Of a stretch of DNA of 64,000 bases, positions 61,151 through 64,000 are shown in pieces. Numbering within the stretch: position 1 is the first letter of the stretch; every line of letters begins with the position of its first letter. A program made the position numbers and the translations under genes. Below the pieces are notes generated by a model. The model saw only the letters and a list, made by a program, of their open reading frames with translations. It had not been told where the DNA came from and ran no database searches. The DNA comes from an uncultured Acidobacteriota bacterium (GTDB lineage Bacteria > Acidobacteriota > UBA6911): NCBI GenBank assembly GCA_963809485.1, contig CAWEJX010000001.1, forward strand, positions 384,001 to 448,000, read 5' to 3'.

Positions 61151-62266
61151 ATGTACTGTTTCACCTCCATTATCAATAATTACCTCCCCAAGGCACGGAT
61201 CCTCGCCACTTCCCTGAAAATTTTTCATCCGGATTGGAAGTTTGTCCTGGTTGTTTGCGAACCATTGCATGAATCCGTCCAATTGCAGCATGAACCCTTC
61301 GATCAAATCATTACTCTTTCAGACCTGGACATTCCGGATTTGGAAAGCTGGATATTCAAGCATAACGTGATGGAAATCTGCACCGCCGTGAAAGGTCCGG
61401 CGGCTGCCCATATTGCGGCAAATACCAAAACCGACAAGCTGATTTACTTTGATCCGGACATAGCAATCTTCGACAGCCTGAGCAATATTTCGTCGCAGCT
61501 GGACATCTCTCCCATCATTTTGACACCCCATCAAACCAGACCAGAAATCAGTCTAAGCGATGTCTACAGCAATGAAGTCTGCTTCCTGAAACATGGCTCG
61601 TTTAACCTGGGATTTTTTGCCGTCCGCTGCGAAGGACAAGGCTGGGACTTTCTCAACTGGTATCGCGACCGCTTATTGGAATTTTGTTATATAGATCCCA
61701 ATCAGGGATTGTACACCGATCAGCGCTGGTGCGATCTTGCTCCTATATTATTCGACCAGCTTCATATCGATCGCGACCCCTCTTGCAACGTAGCCCGTTG
61801 GAACGTGTCCCAGCGCCGTCTGTCCAAACATGACTCCCAGAAATATCTGGTGGATGGAACCCTGCTGAAGTTCTTCCATTTTAGCGGCTTCGATTCAGGA
61901 CAAGGCGAGAAAGAAATAGGCAGATATGCAACGAAAGACGACTGTGTATTCGAGCTTTGGGATTGGTATGGGAAACAACTGGAGAAGCACGGACAGTCCG
62001 GCTTCGAAAAAATGGAATGGAAATATGATCGGTTTGACGATGGAAGGGAAATTACCCGGGAGATGAGATTATGCTATCGGGAAAGGAAGGATCTCCAGGA
62101 AGCCTTCCCCTTTCCATTCGGCAGCAACAGTAAATATGGATCCTTTAGCGACTGGTATGCCAAAAACGGGAACGCAATCTACGACGGTCCCGGGTGGCGG
62201 CAGAATGTTCATCGGTTTGTTGACAGATTCATCGATGGGATCAACAACATGCGCCGGCGCAACTGA
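61151..62266 (+). CDS. putative glycosyltransferase (GT-A fold)
   Basis: FTSI..NYLPKAR.L, EICTAVK, YFDPDI (DxD), LTPH, FNLGF, DQRWCD, FFHFSG. Confidence 0.75.
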   Translation: MYCFTSIINNYLPKARILATSLKIFHPDWKFVLVVCEPLHESVQLQHEPFDQIITLSDLDIPDLESWIFKHNVMEICTAVKGPAAAHIAANTKTDKLIYFDPDIAIFDSLSNISSQLDISPIILTPHQTRPEISLSDVYSNEVCFLKHGSFNLGFFAVRCEGQGWDFLNWYRDRLLEFCYIDPNQGLYTDQRWCDLAPILFDQLHIDRDPSCNVARWNVSQRRLSKHDSQKYLVDGTLLKFFHFSGFDSGQGEKEIGRYATKDDCVFELWDWYGKQLEKHGQSGFEKMEWKYDRFDDGREITREMRLCYRERKDLQEAFPFPFGSNSKYGSFSDWYAKNGNAIYDGPGWRQNVHRFVDRFIDGINNMRRRN

Positions 62267-62452
62267 TATTTTGCCCATGCAAAAATCAGGGAGACTTCCT
62301 CGCAAATCATTGGCGGCATGCTTTGCGGATATTGACCGGAAGACGGCTGGATCGAGGATTGAAAAGGCCATAGGGTTCAGCAAATCGCCTGCCCTGCCGC
62401 AAGAATGCATATTGTTGCCTATCGCGACCATGAGGGAGCCCTAACCCGAAAT

Positions 62453-63295
62453 ATGGCAAGTTCTCCCGCAATCTCCATCATTACGCCAACCCTGAATGCA
62501 GCTGCAACCATTAGCACAGTTCTGCAGAGCGTGTCGGAACAGTCCTATAAGCGCATCGAGCACCTTGTCGTGGATGGCAGATCCACGGACGCGACTTCTG
62601 AAATAGTTAGCAGGTATTCGCCTCGATCAGGAAACATCCGGTTTATTCAGGAAAAAGACAGAGGCCTTTATGATGCATTGAACAAGGGCATTTTGGCCAG
62701 TTCGGGGGACTATTTGTTTTTCCTCGGGGGTGACGATGCCTTCCATGACCCCGAGGTGCTGGCGGATTTAGTGGCGAAGCGCGCATTTGAGGAAAACAAA
62801 GTGGTTTACGGCAATGTATTGGTCGTCGGAGATACCGGTTGGGCAAAGGATGGTCAGATCTACGACGGTTCCTTTTCCAGGGAAAAGCTGATCAGAAAGA
62901 ATATCTGCCATCAGGCAATATTCTATCCCCGGGCGGTATTTACGCGGCTTGGGCTGTACAACATCAGGTACGCCATAAATGCAGACTGGGACATGAATTG
63001 GAGATGCTGGGCGCAAGAGGGTTTTAGCTATGTAGACCGGATCATCACCATTTTCAATGCGGGAGGTCTTTCGACCGGTGCCGTCGATGAAGCATTCAAA
63101 AGCGATTATCTCAGGTTGCTCAAGCTCTATTTTGATCTCACTCCTGAAGAGCTCATTCGTGCCGGTGAGGAATCGCCCTGGGGAGACCTGAATTCTGAAA
63201 TGAGCATAACCCCGGCGCGGACGGCCCTGGGCTTCGTCAGAAGGGTTGCACAATACCCCGCCAAATTCATCAGGGCCAGAAGAAAAGGCTTCTGA
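62453..63295 (+). CDS. GT2 glycosyltransferase (WcaE-like)
   Basis: SIITPTLN, VDGRSTD, DRGLYDALNKG, FLGGDD, ICHQAIFY. Confidence 0.9.
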   Translation: MASSPAISIITPTLNAAATISTVLQSVSEQSYKRIEHLVVDGRSTDATSEIVSRYSPRSGNIRFIQEKDRGLYDALNKGILASSGDYLFFLGGDDAFHDPEVLADLVAKRAFEENKVVYGNVLVVGDTGWAKDGQIYDGSFSREKLIRKNICHQAIFYPRAVFTRLGLYNIRYAINADWDMNWRCWAQEGFSYVDRIITIFNAGGLSTGAVDEAFKSDYLRLLKLYFDLTPEELIRAGEESPWGDLNSEMSITPARTALGFVRRVAQYPAKFIRARRKGF

Positions 63296-63627
63296 TCCGG
63301 TCGGCTCGATATGTCGATCCGGCTATGGTCAGGTAATAGGGCACGATTGTCTGGGCCATGGGGGCCGCAGTTATGGTATAGCTCGATTTTTCCCGTTCTT
63401 CGGAAGCATTCTCCGGGGATTCCGCCGCTTCTGATTTGCGCCGGAACCGATTCAGCGCAGAAACTTATCCGACAACTCCATGCGCATCTCAGAAAGGTCG
63501 TCGGCGGCTGTCTTTTTTCTTGCGGCCCGGGGAGAGTCGTGGAAAAATGTGGCAGGTCCATGGCAAAATTTGTGGTCGGATTTTGGGGAACGCATGGATA
63601 TCTGCTTGCCAATGAAGGGCTTAATTA

Positions 63628-64000
63628 ATGGCATTGCCGGCGCCTGAGTTTCATAAAAGCGAATCCCGAATAGATATCTCCATTATTATCGTCAATTACA
63701 ACGTCAAGGACTTCCTTCTGCAGTGCCTGCGCTCGATCGATCCGGCGACGCGCGACCTTTCCTGCGAAGTAATCATCGTGGACAATTGTTCACCCGATGG
63801 TTCGGTGAGCTATCTTCAACCCCTGTTCCCGCACGTTCAGTTCCTCAGCCTGAAAGAGAACGTGGGCTTTGGGCGGGCGAACAACCTTGCACTGGAAAAG
63901 GCCCGCGGGGAGTACATTCTATTCCTGAATCCCGACACGCTGCTTGAGGAGCGCACCCTCCAGGCAATGGTTGCCTACATGCGCGGTCATTCCGACGTGG
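63628..64000 (+). CDS. GT2 glycosyltransferase (WbbL/RfbF-like), truncated by the window edge
   Basis: Not in the ORF track; manual translation gives ISIIIVNYN..VDNCSPDGS..NVGFGRANN..YILFLNPDT, open to the end. Confidence 0.88.
   Translation, partial: MALPAPEFHKSESRIDISIIIVNYNVKDFLLQCLRSIDPATRDLSCEVIIVDNCSPDGSVSYLQPLFPHVQFLSLKENVGFGRANNLALEKARGEYILFLNPDTLLEERTLQAMVAYMRGHSDV

Overview
The window opens with housekeeping genes: an ArnT-like GT, a small OM barrel, cysS, yraN and tRNA-Gly(GCC). The remaining ~59 kb is a cell-surface locus, probably from an Acidobacteriota-like organism (inferred from protein types). It holds a complete PEP-CTERM/exosortase system (prsK-prsR-exosortase-epsI-prsT, priming sugar transferase, two PEP-CTERM proteins) and a Wzx/Wzy-type EPS cluster rich in acyl/deacyl enzymes. 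A second glycan cluster with Wzm runs off the right edge. The most unusual element is a three-gene cohesin-dockerin module at 4837-9986, with no cellulases: one small secreted FN3-dockerin and two paralogous cohesin-FN3-4xIg scaffolds. The adaptor's FN3 appears to lack its first beta-strand, and a beta-helix protein in the EPS cluster ends in such an orphan strand, which suggests a strand-donation tethering system (hypothesis). Also seen: two transposase-less IS200/IS605-like elements bracketing ~54 kb, a triplicated 9-TPR block in PrsT, an 84-bp coiled-coil repeat on a GT9, and two frameshifted genes. All family calls are by-eye motif recognition; no searches were run.
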